In this document: positions 24,894 through 38,223 of the stretch, piece after piece
Numbering within the stretch: position 1 is the stretch's first letter
Layout of the letters: each line of letters starts with the position of its first letter
DNA from: Lama glama
Taxonomy: Eukaryota
Direction of reading: 5' to 3'
Length of the DNA stretch: 64,000 bases
Assembly: GCA_028534125.1 (NCBI GenBank)
Contig: CM052816.1
Location: 40,054,001 to 40,118,000, forward strand
Program-made: the position numbers and the translations under genes
Notes under the pieces: generated by a model
Told to the model about the DNA's origin: nothing
Databases searched by the model: none
Seen by the model: only the letters and a program-made list of their open reading frames with translations

Positions 24894-25376
24894 TTTATTT
24901 TCCTAGCTTTACTGAGATATAATGGACATAGAACATTGCATACGTTTCAGGTGTACAACGTGTTGATTTGATACACATATATATGCAGTATGATCACCTC
25001 CATAGTGTTAGCTAACACCTCCATCATGTCACATAGTTATCATTTCCTTTTTGTGATAAGAACATTTAAGATCTACTCTCTCAGCAACCTTCAGGTATTT
25101 TATACAGCATTGTTAATTATAATCACCATGCTGTACATCAGATCCCCAGAACTTACTCATCTTCTAAATTAAAGTTTGTACTCTTTGACCAGAATCTCTC
25201 CATTTCCCCCACCGCCCCAGACCCTGGTAATCACCATTCTCCTCTCTGTTTCTACATATTTGGCTACTTTAGATTCCACAAATAAATGTTATTGTATCAC
25301 ATTTATCTTTCTCTGTCTGACTTTTTTCTCTTAGCATAAGGCTTCAAGGTCCATCCATGTTGATACAAATGGCAAG
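24894..25376 (-). mobile_element. L1 3' end (L1MA9/10-like), 5'-truncated
   Basis: ctttactgagatataat...caggtgtacaacgtgttgatttgatacac...ccagaccctggtaatcaccattct...ccatccatgttgatacaaatggcaag. Confidence 0.85.
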
Positions 25377-25775
25377 AGAGGAAATATTATTGTAAGATTA
25401 TTTATTATACCTACTTCTTCAGATATTGGTAGGTGTTTTGAATTCTCTGGGTGTGCTATTTTGAAACTGGAGGAAACAGTGGCTTCCCTTTATGTGCTCC
25501 TGCATCCAGGGAGTAGGCACAGACCAGTATCTATAAAAAAGAATGTTCTGCTTGACGTTTAACTTTATCTCCAATACTATCCTCTTTTTCCTCTCTGGGA
25601 TAAACTCTTCTTATCTTCAGATAACACCTGCATCTGTGCTGTTTTTAAGTAAGTGTGGTTTTAGGTCTGATGAAAGCTTTATTGCATTAATTAATAAAAA
25701 GATATTCCAAATATTTAATTGACTAATGTTACAGTTTTAACATCAATTATAATCATGTTAGACAGAAAAAAGCAG

Positions 25776-25811
25776 ATATATATATATATAGATATATATA
25801 TATATATATAT
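25776..25811. repeat. (TA)n microsatellite with one interruption
   Basis: Read directly. Confidence 0.9.
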
Positions 25812-27279
25812 GATTTTAAAATTGTGAAACACTCCCTGTACCAGTACTTTTAAGACCAGTCAGTTTAGAGGCCTCTGCAAATAATTCCCTAAAATCCTTC
25901 TCGCATTCAGGCGCCACATTATCTACAATTCTAATCTTGAAACGCATTTGTGTGGTATTATTCTTACAGTCATTTTAAATGAAAATAACATGTTAAAAGG
26001 CAAACATCAGGTTATTTTCTCAAAGGTACTAACTTACTATATCAGTTTGTTCATAGGAGAAGCCTTTATGAGTGCCAGCCATGGGCCAGTCATGAGTGGA
26101 GCACAATTAGAGACAGGAGTGTCCCAGTATTCCTCCTAAAGGAGGCCTGGGGCTGTGTGGGGTCCGGAATGATCACTGAAACAAGGTATCTCTGAAGACA
26201 AATGGTAAATTTAAAATATTTGTCTTTGGCCAGATCTATTTCCAATTATGCAGACTAATTTACAAAACTTTTGAGAATAAAAGGTTTGCTTCTAGTACTG
26301 AATGACACTGTTCAAACTCAGAATTTTACCTGAAGTCTTTGAAATATTCCAGGATGTAAAATATGTAAAGTATCACACACAATACATTTTAAGAAGATGT
26401 TACAGAACCTGACGAGGTATTAGTACCACGAACTGTCTGACAGCCTGTCATACACTGACCAGAGCACACCGAACAACTATACACCTTACAGAATGAATGG
26501 GCTAAATCACTGATACTCAGTCACCTTTACATGGTGTGGAGCAATAATTAACACAATCTAAAGAGTATGGTGAGCCCTACTATAGCTAAATTGTAAGATA
26601 GTTGAAACTACATTTAGACTTTACGTGCAGTTTATGGGATGGTCTGAGTAGTACCGTATCTGAGCCAAATTTAACTTAAGTGACTCTTTAATGTCACCTG
26701 AAGATGAATAATGATAACACTAGGAGCATCATCATTAAGTTAATAAAATTGGTAAGCATTAGAGACATTGTGCTATTGATGTTAATTTGTGTATTTTATA
26801 TTTGGGTGTCCTAACTTATGCTAAATATTGGAAAGAGAGAGAGAAGGAATCAGTGCTGTACAAGAAAACCACCTCTTGATAATAGAGTCCAAGAGTCCAG
26901 GCGAAGTTCTTTGCAGGTGACACTGGATGAAGTTATGTGCCTTTCTATGCTACTTCTGTTTCTCTCTTCCTAGAATGTTACAAGTTTACCTACTCAGAGA
27001 ACCCACAGAGTGAAAGCATTGCCTCTATTAAATCTCAGCCCTACATTTACCCCAGGTATAATTACTTACCTAAAGGTACTCTATAAAATTTGAAGAATTT
27101 AGAGTTTAGAAGACAGTATATATCATTTATATACCACTATAGGTGAAAGAAAACATTTATGGTCATTTAAACCCTAACAATTAAAAAGAAAATACAGAAG
27201 TACAGAAATACAATGAGTAGTATAGTGAAATGTCTGAGATATCATGAATCAGAACAGCTGAGTTCCTGACAGTTACTAG

Positions 27280-27359
27280 AATCACTGTGTTGTACACCTG
27301 AAACTAATAAAATGTTGTACATCAACCATAATTCAATAAAAATAAAATAAAAAATAAAA
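27280..27359 (+). mobile_element. Very short L1 3' terminus with A-rich tail
   Basis: aatcactgtgttgtacacctgaaactaataaaatgttgtacatcaaccataattcaataaaaataaaataaaaaataaaa. Confidence 0.75.
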
Positions 27360-29699
27360 GCAGGAAATGTAATATCGGACAAATATCTTATTTTCTGAAC
27401 ATCATTATTTTCACCATCCAGTGATATTAATAATCATCATAATAAGCCTATCATTTCAAAGTAATTTTCTAAGTATCAGGAAATACAGTAAAAAAATGCA
27501 TGAACTGTAAATCCAAACTAATGACGATTGATACTAAAGCACATCTTGCTTGAGTTAAATATTGCAGTTGAAAGTTAAGTGTTACATTTTCTAATAGCCA
27601 TGCCAACTGACTAGAAAGGCCAATTCTCGTTGTCTTCTATAAACAAGAGTACAGCCCTTCCCCAAATTTATCAAATTTATCAAACATGTGTATAGTTGAC
27701 ACTGAATGACATACTAGATAATATAAAATGTGAAGACTCAGGGACTACTCAAATAGACAGAAGTGTCTATGAAATCTGAGTGTATAAAATTAGAAATAAT
27801 TGTAGTGAAGAGATATATTTCTTAAGGAAACTAAAGCATTGAGATAAAAATGTTTTATTTTATGATGATCTAGCTTCCTAAGAGAAGGGAAGAGATGTTT
27901 CACAAAAGAAAAAGATGGAAGAATTGACCCACCTTGACCGATACAATGCATTTTTACAGCTCAATCAATGTTTGATTCTCCACTGGTGGGTAATTTATAG
28001 CAAACCTTAAATCATCCACTTTGCCCTTCCATGAATGCTAACTCTTTTATAGCAAAATAGACTCTTCCGGGAGAGAAAAAATATGCCTACTTTTCTATGT
28101 GTTCACACAGAACAAATGGCGTTATTTTACTGCCCTGCACTCTCACTGGGAATGTTTGTTCTAAACTCAAATGTTTTAACTGCAAACAACCAAGTTCCTG
28201 GTAGGGAGCCTGGTGCAGGGCATTTAAAAGATTTTAAAAAAATTCTTATTGATTAAAATAACCACTTTATATTTTAGAAATAACAGTATCACTTACGTGA
28301 TATTTGCTGCATGTATTTTCTACCTTATTTTTACCTAATATTTCATTCATATTTTTAATCTATGAAATATTGTAGTTTTCAGAAAACTAATTATCTTTGT
28401 GATTTCTGTTGATTGTAACCATGAAATTCATGTTCTGTGTAGAAATCAGAGTTTCTATTTTATTCTGGGTATTTATGATTTTTAAAATTTTACTTAAAAC
28501 TAAATGTGGAACTTTTTATAGATTGTGATGTGAGGTGGGGCTCTAACTTTTTTTCCTCCACTCATGTCACTCCTTGGATAAAAAGATTTTATCTACAAGA
28601 GACACTTTTAAGATTATTTTTGAATGCTGATCTGATTTTCTAAAAATGCAGTGTTGTAAATAAATACAGTTTCTCATCTATCAATCAAACAAGGATATTT
28701 AAAATTCTTAATACTCAGTGGAAAGTTACATTGATATTGGCACTCTTGTGAAATGCTTTTAAAAATGTAAATTGACACATCTTTTCCAAAAGTTAGGTCA
28801 AAAAAGTCCACCAAGCCTTAAAACAAGTGGATTCCTTTATTCGCCATTTCCAGTTCTAGGAATTTACCCAAATGTGAACAATGGTTTAAGATAAAGGTAT
28901 TTTATAACACACAGCAAGAAAGGATTAGTAAATAATTGTACATCTGGATGATTAGTCATGTAACATGTGGAAGAGGAATCTCAGGAAGAGGGAACAGTAA
29001 GCACAAAGGCAGATGCTCTCCATGGTCTTGAGGTAAGACAGAGTTTGGGACTACTTGACTGTTAGGTTCATATTGAGGAACAACGTGGGAGGGGAAATGG
29101 CAAGGTATGTTGGCCTTAAATAATGAAGGACTCTTTCCCCGTGTTAAGGATTTACATGGTATCCTGTAGTCCAAGAGGGGTCCTCACGGTTGGTTGGTTT
29201 GTTGGTTCGTTTGTTCATTCTTAGTAGGGTTTGGTTGTTGTTCCTGCTATTATAAGCAGGAGAAGAATGTAGAGGTATAGAAGAATGAGCGTATTTGCTG
29301 ATGGAAGGGCCACGATAATAAATAAACCAAAGGTAAGAAATAGAAAGAGTGCTCAATAAGCAAGATACTAGAGGAGGCAGATGGGATGAAACCCAAGTCA
29401 TAGGACAGAGTAAGATGACAAGCCAAGCTTTGATGGGAAGTCTTATAAATGTCAAATATTGTAGAGATCATTCTTCTGTGACATCCAATGAGCATTAGCA
29501 AATGGGCAGCTGGTCGTTCCGTAGATTTTCAAAATAAGGCCTCAGTTTGGGATGTTAAGCATTTGTTATTTTTCTGTTAAACTCAACTGTAAGTGGACTT
29601 TGGCCCAAATATGTACTCCAAGGCCAAACACAAAGGAACTTTTCAGTATTGTTTGTTTTCAAGTGATACATAGCAGAGCTTTGATCTGTCTTATAATTT

Positions 29700-30370
29700 A
29701 TTCATTAATTTCTTCACTCCTTTATTCAGCTACTTATCAGGAAGATACAGAAATGAAGAGCAAGCCTTTACTTTTGAGATGATTATAGTCTAGTAAAGGA
29801 AATAAAGTAATGAACTAATAATGTACAAACTGCTTAATTAGAGGCACTCACAGAAAAAGACACTGATAATAAGGCGGAGAGGAGACATCAGCTGGGTGGT
29901 CAAGGATGATTTCCTGAGAGAAGTTCATTTATGATGAAAACTGAGGCGATCAGAAAGGAGAGAAAAGAGAGTGAGATCTGGTTCAAACTGGATCGAGGAT
30001 GTGTCATTGGACTTGGCCATAGGATCCAGTGGCTTTTCTGGGCCTCTGAGTAGTTTCAGTTCACTGGAATAGAAGTTTGTGTGTGTCAGTGGAAGCAGTT
30101 GAGGCTGGAGAGGGAGGCTGACAGACAGGTTGTGCAGGGTCCATTGTATCTTGTTAAGGAGGTTGGACATCATTTAGAAGGCAGTCTGTGGAGCCACTTA
30201 GCAAAGGGATGTCATGATCACATTTAAATTTCAGGAAAATTTCTAGGTGCTAAATTACAGGGGGACAAAGATGGTAATACTGAAAACAGTCTAAAGATGG
30301 AGATAATGAGGGCAAAGTAAGATAGTGACAGTGAGGAGAGACGGTGGAAGCCAATTTAAGAAAATCAAGG
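29700..30370 (-). mobile_element. LINE-2 remnants
   Basis: ttcattaatttcttcactcctttattcagc start, followed by degenerate reverse-L2 motifs (tatagtctagtaaagg, ggatgtcatgatcacatttaaatttcagg). Confidence 0.5.
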
Positions 30371-30904
30371 AATATATGAATTATATAATACATGGAAAGG
30401 GCAAATGATAGTGAATGTGAATGTGCCACGTTTTAAAGTGTAACATTTTTTGGATGACGGAAAATGAATCTTGAATAATACAAATTGGTTCCCTTTGGTT
30501 CCACTGAGGAAGTTAGGCTTAGGTTAACCAACCACATTTTCCCATAGAACAGAGTTTGAGTGGCTTTCCTGAGCGCGCGTAGTAAGTTGGGGAAGGAAGC
30601 ACCAACAGAGCTTTTTTTCTATGATACTCAAAGTATAATACCTTATTTTCAAATGAAGATTGGAAACATTTATCTTTTTCAGTTAGAAGTAACAGTGCTG
30701 CACTAGATTGTAAAGTAATCTGATTATATGTTTACTCTGCAACGTGAAGACCAGTGAGAAATGGTTTTAATTAGGGTACATTTCAAATTTTGGTAACTTA
30801 GCATGAAAGACAGAAGAGTGAATGCCTTTTAATGCCTGACATTTCCACAAGGTACCAGCCATTTTTCAGAGTTTAGGCTAACAAAAAACAAGTTGAACAA
30901 CAAA

Positions 30905-31098
30905 TAAAATCACATACACACAAAGACACAAAATGGTAACTATGTGAATGGTAATTAGGTTGTGTCAGTCATTTCACAATATGTACATATATAAAATGAT
31001 CATGTTGTACACCTTAAACTTACACAAGGTAGTATGTCAATTATATCCCAGTAAAGCTAAGAAAAGCAATAAAAAATCAAATAAATACAAAATAAAAA
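30905..31098 (+). mobile_element. L1 3' end (L1MA-like) with A-rich tail
   Basis: aaatggtaactatgtga...catttcacaatatgtacatat...catgttgtacaccttaaacttacac...tgtcaattatatcccagtaaagct. Confidence 0.8.
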
Positions 31099-31669
31099 CA
31101 CCAGGTTGACTTTATAATGTTCAGCATTTTCCCCAGTTGTGATCAACTGACCATTTTGTGAGAATTCCTTTCTTTTATTAAGCACTTATTGAGTGCCAAA
31201 AATATGTCAAAATTTTCTAAAGACAGGTAAATGAGCAGGATACTCCTGACCTGTTCTCTTATGGAAGCTAACATCTTACAAATAAGATAAAACTTTAAAT
31301 CAGGTAAATCTGGATTCAGGTTCCATCTTTTCCATCTAATACATATTCATTCTTAAATGATTTATTTATTTTTCTAAGCCCCATTTTTTTTACATGTAAT
31401 ATGAGGAAAACAATTTCTGTCTTCCATTTTTGTGAGTATAGAAATAAAATAGCATGTGTGAAATTTTCTGGAATAAATCTAAGTACAAATCAGTTACGTA
31501 TGCAGTAAATGTAAATCTGTCTTCCTTTTGATGATTTAGGACTAACGTATTTGTAGATTCATGGTGTGAAAATTCTGTCTGTGACCCAGGTACACAGAAG
31601 ATGTAAATATTTGCGGTTCAATGGCCATTGTTGCTGGGTAGTACGTACTCTCCCATGAAGTGTAATTGA

Positions 31670-31856
31670 AATAAAACTCAGCAGGCAGTTTAGAAACTTG
31701 GATCCTCTTGCCAGCATTGCCACTAAATATAGCTGTGTGACTTTGAACAAGTAATGTCACCATTTTGAGTTTTAGTTTCCTGATATGCCAGGTGTGGCTG
31801 TTGAACTAAATGGACCCATAAATTCCTTTCTGGCTCTGAAAGTCTATGACTCTATT
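31670..31856 (+). mobile_element. MIR/MIR3 element
   Basis: tgccactaaatatagctgtgtgactttgaacaagtaa...ttagtttcctgatatg matches the MIR core; 3' part is cctttctggctctgaaagtctatga. Confidence 0.7.
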
Positions 31857-32812
31857 TTCTTATGATTCAGTAGACAACTTTGGAATAGATCCTGTCAACT
31901 TGCATTGTTGTCTGAATTTTTTTTTTCCTTCTGGTTGCCATGTTTGATGAATAAATTTCCTTCTCATCAGTCGACTTGTGGAAATAACATTTTCCTCTTA
32001 ATATAATGTCCTTCAATCTGGCTTTTAGTTTCCTTTGGTTCAGGAGTATTGCCTTTCCTCCTGATGTATGCAGGCCAGTGTTAGGTCTTAGAATCATAGA
32101 AAAGGTATCATTTCTTAGCCAAGAAAACCCCAAACTACGTTTTAATGATTAATACGGATTATTGTAAGTGTGATGAGGTCAGGCTTGAGACATCATGTTG
32201 TGTATAAAATTTGTAAGGAAGAACCATTGAATAGTTATTGTCAGATGGGAGAGAAGTTGTTTTACAACAGCGTTGTATAGTATAATTTTGGGGAAAGGAC
32301 CCTAACATCTTTCTAGGAGATAAGACCTCCTTCCCATATCTTCTTCACTAGCAATCCACCGAAATTCTTGGAACCACAATTGGATTTATGCCATTACTGG
32401 AAACTTAAAAAATATATATATTAGAAGTCAATATGGTACCAAGTGTTAATAGTGATTGTCTTTTAGAGGGGGACATACCAGTGTGTTTCATTGGAAAAGT
32501 AGCTTCATTTATGTTTTTGTTAGTGAGTATCAGTGTGTGTGTGCATATTTCCCCATGCAGTGAACACAAATGCTGTTTTGAAAGTGAAAACAGTCTTAGT
32601 TTTGAAGATTATCTTTAAAATCTGGAGTGTAAATGGGAGGAGTAATATACTGGGCATTAGGAGATTTGGGCTTATGTTCCAGCTCCAGCACTGCCTGAGT
32701 GACATTAAGCATGAATTTTTTTTTTAACAAACACATAAAAATTCAACCTACAGAGTTTTGTAGTTCGTAGTTTTCAGTATTCTGTCATTAGTGTCAAGTG
32801 TAGTATGTGTTT

Positions 32813-32870
32813 TGTGTGTGTGTGTGTGAGAGAGAGAGAGAAAGAGAGGGAGGGAGAGGGAGAGAAAGAA
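32813..32870. repeat. (TG)n(AG)n compound microsatellite
   Basis: Read directly. Confidence 0.9.
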
Positions 32871-33409
32871 GGAATTAATATGTATTTTGGATAATCAAAG
32901 CATTTCAACCTGCAGTGTTGTGCAGTAAGTTTTGGATCCATAGTGTTTTAGATTCAAAGTTGGATTTAAATTTCTGCTCTGAAGATTTGTAGACTGAAAC
33001 TTTTTTCCTCACTTATAAAATATAATTACTTATACTTACTTATTTGGATGGTCTTTTAAGTTTGAATAACTTGGATATGTATAGTATCTGACATCAGGGA
33101 GTAGCTGATAGCTCTTGTTATGTTTAGTGAATTATGTAAATGATCAGGCTAAACAACATGATCTTGAGCCAAAAATGTGGTGATCCTGTAAAGAAGTAAG
33201 AGGTATTTTTCTATTGTGATTAAAACTTATTTAGGAAAAAAGTGCAAAATTAGGGTCCTATAATTATTTTTTAAGCATTTGTATCACCTTTGGCAAAATG
33301 TAGGACTCCTCAGTATGATTATTTTAAAAATAAAGAAATACATTTATGTGAAGTTTAGAAATGGAAGCAGTTGCTCCATTAATTTGTCACATTAATGCAA
33401 CAAGTATTT

Positions 33410-33665
33410 CTTCATTCAGCAGCAGTAATCAAGTGGCCACTAGATGCCAAGTTCTGAGGGACTTCAGTAGGTGTTAGGGATATAAGGAGAGATCACTTGG
33501 GCTCTCCTGTTTGGAGTCTGCAGTCTGATGGAGGAGACAGATTTGGAGACAGGGGTCACAAAGCCGTACGGTAACAGTAATGGTAGGGCTAAGAGCAAAG
33601 CACTGCTGCCAGGGAGGCAGAAGGAAGGAATTATAAAAATGAATGAAACTGAGTTTTAAGGCAGC
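33410..33665 (-). mobile_element. LINE-2 3' end remnant
   Basis: ttcattcagcagcagtaatcaagtggccactagatgccaag...ggagtctgcagtctgatggaggagacag. Confidence 0.55.
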
Positions 33666-34989
33666 TCTGTTTGGGACAAGAAAATAATTCCCTTTACCGG
33701 AATGTTGTATTTTTATGGAAATTCTTGCCCTTATTCTTGGCAGTCAATTGTGTGGATGTGCTTTTCATGCTTTTTAGCCTCAATGACTGGGATCGTTAAT
33801 AATAATCCTGCTTACCTTTCAAACGTGATCATACACACGCCTTGCCCTTCACTTTTTTTCAAATTTCCTAGGCATGATCTCCTGTATGTAACTTAAGAAC
33901 ACTATTAATACTTGGAATGCTTAATTTGGTTCCTTCATCACAAAGGTATTTCTGATCTCTTCTTTATTTAGTGAGAAGATTTCTAAGTCTTGGATAATTT
34001 TAATGTATAGTAGATTTTTAAGCATATCTCAATATTTTATGTGATGTTTGACAAAAAAAAACAGAACAGTGTCTTGGTTAAGGGAGAACTGGGAGTTTTA
34101 TTTATATAAAACCACAAACTAAAACTGTTATAAATTGAAGGGGGGAGGAAGCCTACCAATTGGAAGAGTGCTAAACAATGTAGTTTCTTTTTCCACTTAT
34201 TATCCCTATGTACCAACTCTTTTATGGGTAAGTTTTTGCTTATGGGTGTTTTTAAAAATCAGGATGAAAACAATTATCAGCCTTTCTAGTCTTTCTTAAC
34301 TTGTTTTGAATGATGACATTTCTACTCTCGGAAAACATTACTCCCCTGAAATGCCCACATCAGTCGAACACATTGTGTTTCTTGTTTTAATGTAAGTAAT
34401 CCCAACTTAAAAGGATGATTTTTTTCAATTTAGATGTATTTTAGTTAGCACACCTTCTGAGAGAGAAACATTTTAACAGCTACAGTTGAAGTACAGTTTT
34501 CAGATTAACGACCCCCTAGTATCTTTTGTTTTCCTTAACTCACCTCCCAAAACACATTGTATCAGATTTCAAATGAAACATCTTTAACATGTTTAACAGA
34601 ACAAACACGTTAAAGATAAAAATTAAAGTGATTGTACAGGGAATCCGAAGATTTAGTGCAGAACTCACAGATTGTCAGTCAGGGAGCCCAATCCAGGTGG
34701 TAGATTTGTTTCCTTTAGCATTTATCATCACAAGCCCAGGAGAGCCTGTCCCCTTTAAGTGGGGAAATATCCAAGCAAAATTACACATTTTTCAGAGTTA
34801 TGTTAACCTCCAGCCCAAGGGCCTTTGTGTTTTCAGAACTTGATTTAGAGCCTCCGTAGCAGTCGTGGAAGACTGAGATATTAAATATCATTGTAAACAG
34901 GTTCTCAATTCACCCAGAGTACCAGTCATCATTTTTATGGTTAGCTTGACTAATTGCATTAAAGATATCAACCCTGTACAAGCAACTGA

Positions 34990-35900
34990 ATATAATAGAG
35001 TTCCATACAAGGTAGAGTAAAGATATAAGTAAATATTTTAGAACAGTGCAGTAGAAGCAATTAGTTCTGCCAAAGAAATCATGTAAAGCATTGCAATGGA
35101 TATTAGCCTTTGAGTTTTAAGGGGAACAAAGATGCCTTTTTTTAGGTTGGAGGCTAGAGTGTCTTGGAGAGGGAGGGCTTTTCAGGCAGAGACATCACCA
35201 TAAGTAAAGGGTCAGAGATAGAAAAGTACATGGAGCAGTGTGACGCCATTGGGGTCTAAGACAGGCAAATGTGTAGAGAGAAACTTCTGGAAAGTAAGGG
35301 TAGGGAGGGACAAGTTATAAATGCCCTAGACTGATGTCACTGAAGATTTTTGTTTAGGATAGTAACATGATCAAATATTCATATTAATAAGATGATATCA
35401 TCCTTGAAACAGAGAATGACTAAGTTGGAGCCCTTGTGTTAGGGAACTGGTTAGAGCAGTATTTTTTAATGCTGTTTAATAAAGATGTGTGGCAAGAAAT
35501 ACAACTTACATCATGAGAATATTCCTACTGTTGCTTCCCCAGCTGCTGTTACTACACACACACACACACACACACGCACACACACACACACAAATCTGAA
35601 ACAAATTTCCATAAAGTTATGTGCAGTTACATACTGTCATTTTCTACTATAATCCATTGTATTCTTATTCATTCTTTAAAAATTGCTGATCAATGACCCC
35701 AAATTTAGTTCTTGATTCACTAATGGTTCTAGCTAATAGTTTGAAAAATAATTAGGAAATTATTGCAGTGAAAGTTCAAAAAACATGGTGGTGCCTAAGC
35801 TCAGAAAATATCAATAGAAGTAGAGAACAGAGAATATATTCAGGAGAAATTTCGGGACTTTGTAATGAATTAGATATGGAGGATAAAAGAATTATGGAGA
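34990..35900 (-). mobile_element. LINE-2 remnant interrupted by a probable hAT-type MITE (about 35455-35750) carrying a (CA)n at 35554-35592
   Basis: Reverse-L2-like motifs lie on both sides. The internal block ends tgctgatcaatgacccc...ttcactaatggttctagctaatagtttgaaaaa, resembling hAT-Charlie termini. Confidence 0.45.
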
Positions 35901-37021
35901 TCAGGGCCTTTCAGTCAAGTCAAAATGTGACTTTCTGCTAAAATAGAGTATGAGAAAGGTCCACTTAGAATTAAATATGGTGTAATAAATGTGAAGTTGC
36001 ATTGGCCTATCTTGTGATATAAGAAAATAAAACATTCATTTTTATCCATTCATGACATGATACTTTTCTGAATGCTTGATGGGTATCAGAATGCCTAAAT
36101 CAACTGTCTTTCCAGAAACAGGTGTCAGATAAATCATATATATTAAGTTAGAAATCATTATTTATCCTTGGATTATACTTTCAAAAAATGAAAAGAAAAA
36201 CTATAATTTAGAATGACAAAATTTTTTGTTTTCTTAAACAAGAAAATTTCATGTCAATGCAGTGTCACTGTGAGAAGTTTAATGGTGTAATCACTAAAAG
36301 TTAAGAAACTCAGGTATGTTTCCCACAGCCAGTGTAACAACCATATTGTACATAGTTTATTAACACCATGAATGCAAAGAGAAAAAGTTACAGTTGTTCT
36401 GCCTTGGTTTTCTGGCATGGGTGATTAAAGTCTCGGCCATAGTATTTCCTGAATGCCATTTCCTTCCTTTTAATGCACAGCATAATTTTTAAGAACATAA
36501 ATTCCTTGCTGAATCAGTTCTTCCCTCTGTAAAACAACAGTAACTGCTCAGCAGCCACCGATCAGTGGAGTTGTGCTGTTCCCTGATAAGGACAAGAGTA
36601 CTTGGAAATACATTTTAAGAATCTTGCTTGGTTTCCCACCCTTTTGTCTTGGCTATCACAATAATGAATTTTTACCCAAGACAGTGAACAGCTGCCAGAA
36701 TTTTCTCTTCACACCCCCTTCAGAAAATTTAAAATGATCTTTCTTTTTTAATTACAAAGGAAAAATTTAGAAGGTATGCTTAATATTCATTTTATATGTG
36801 TTTTCAAGAAACTTGACATTTATAACAATTCAAATAAATATTAGTCTTGCTACTGTCTATGTTCACTTCTGTAAAACTTTTGCACAAACATGCAAGTTCT
36901 TAATTGTGATGAAGAGTGAAATGAATAGATCATATTTAAATAACTTTGAAAATTCATGTAGTATAACAACAAGTGTGGGGTTTTTTTTCAGAGATGACTT
37001 GTTATTGACCACCTCTCTCTC

Positions 37022-37135
37022 TTTTTTTTTGGTGGGGGGTAATTAGGATTTTTAAAAAATTATTTATTTATTTAATGGAGGTACTAGGGATTGAATGCTA
37101 AGCATGAGCTCTGTCACTGAGCTGTACCCTCCCCC
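37022..37135 (-). mobile_element. tRNA-derived SINE (Vic-1-like), internally deleted
   Basis: Reverse complement reads GGGGGAGGGTACAGCTCAGTGACAGAGCTCATGCTTAGCA-TTCAATCCCTAGTACCTCC...CCTAATTACCCCCCACC(A)9, homologous to the copy at 48943. Confidence 0.8.
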
Positions 37136-37917
37136 TGTAAGTTTTTAACAATGCTCATAAAATTTATGAACTTCTATAAATATATTAAGTCCCAGGTGGA
37201 GAACAGCAGTTAAAGCTCTTACCTTCATGTAGCTTAGTGTACACAACCATTCATTGACAACCAGAAAGTGTGAGATTTTATTTTTAAGTGAGGAAAATAA
37301 CATATGCAAATCACTGTCCTTCTGACGTCTTACTTTTTACCTCTTACTACCACTATTATTCCCCTTCCTCTATTTTTTCATCTTTTCTCAAAAAATAGAT
37401 GACTTGTAATATAGCCACTGAAAATTAAGTAGGCTCCAAGAAGAAGGATGATGAATGCTAAGTTTGAGCTTGATTAAAAATGTAGAATTACAATGAAAAA
37501 CTCTTCCTGATTTCCATGATGCTAGAATTAATCATGTGAGATGCAGTCTAACATACTTCTTGGTATTCAGATCTTCGTCTTCTAGAATGAGTTTAATTTT
37601 TTTTTCATTCTGCAATTTCCCTATAAATAATATGACACTGTTCTTCCCACCTTTGCCAGTGATGTAAACAAATCTGGGTTTGTGAAAAAAATTTCTCTTC
37701 TGTTTAGTCACTTAGTTATTTTCCTGATATGTGTCATTTGCGTTTATTTCTATCCACTTGAAGATTTTATTGTCAGCAAGCATAAAATGTGATATGTGTG
37801 TGATTGTATATTTTTGTGTCCATTTACTATACTGAAAGTACAAATCTTCAATATGCTTCGTTTCTGTTCCTTATGCTTTGTTTACTACATAATGGTATAC
37901 TACATATAAATCAACTG

Positions 37918-38223
37918 TTTTTTTTTTCTTTTTGCGTTGAAGCGTAGTCAGTTTACAGTGTTCTGTAAATTTCTGGTGTACGGCATAGTGATTCAGTTAT
38001 ACATAAATTCTTTTCATATTCTTTTTCATTATAGGCTAGCTCAAGGTACTTAATATAGTTCCCTGGACTATACATATAGCAGGACCTTGTTAGTCTATTT
38101 TATATATAGTAAAAATCTGTGTCTGCAAATCCCAAACTTTGAACTTACCCCTCCACCTACCCCTTTCCCACCCTGGTAACCATAAGTTTGTTTTCCATGT
38201 CTGTGAGTCTGTTTCTGTTTTGT
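37918..38223 (-). mobile_element. L1 3' end (artiodactyl-type), 5'-truncated
   Basis: Poly(T) then ttgaagcgtagtcagtttacagtgtt...tttctggtgtac...ataagtttgttttccatgtctgtgagtctgtttctgttttgt. Same family as 54771-55310. Possible short TSD tcaact. Confidence 0.85.
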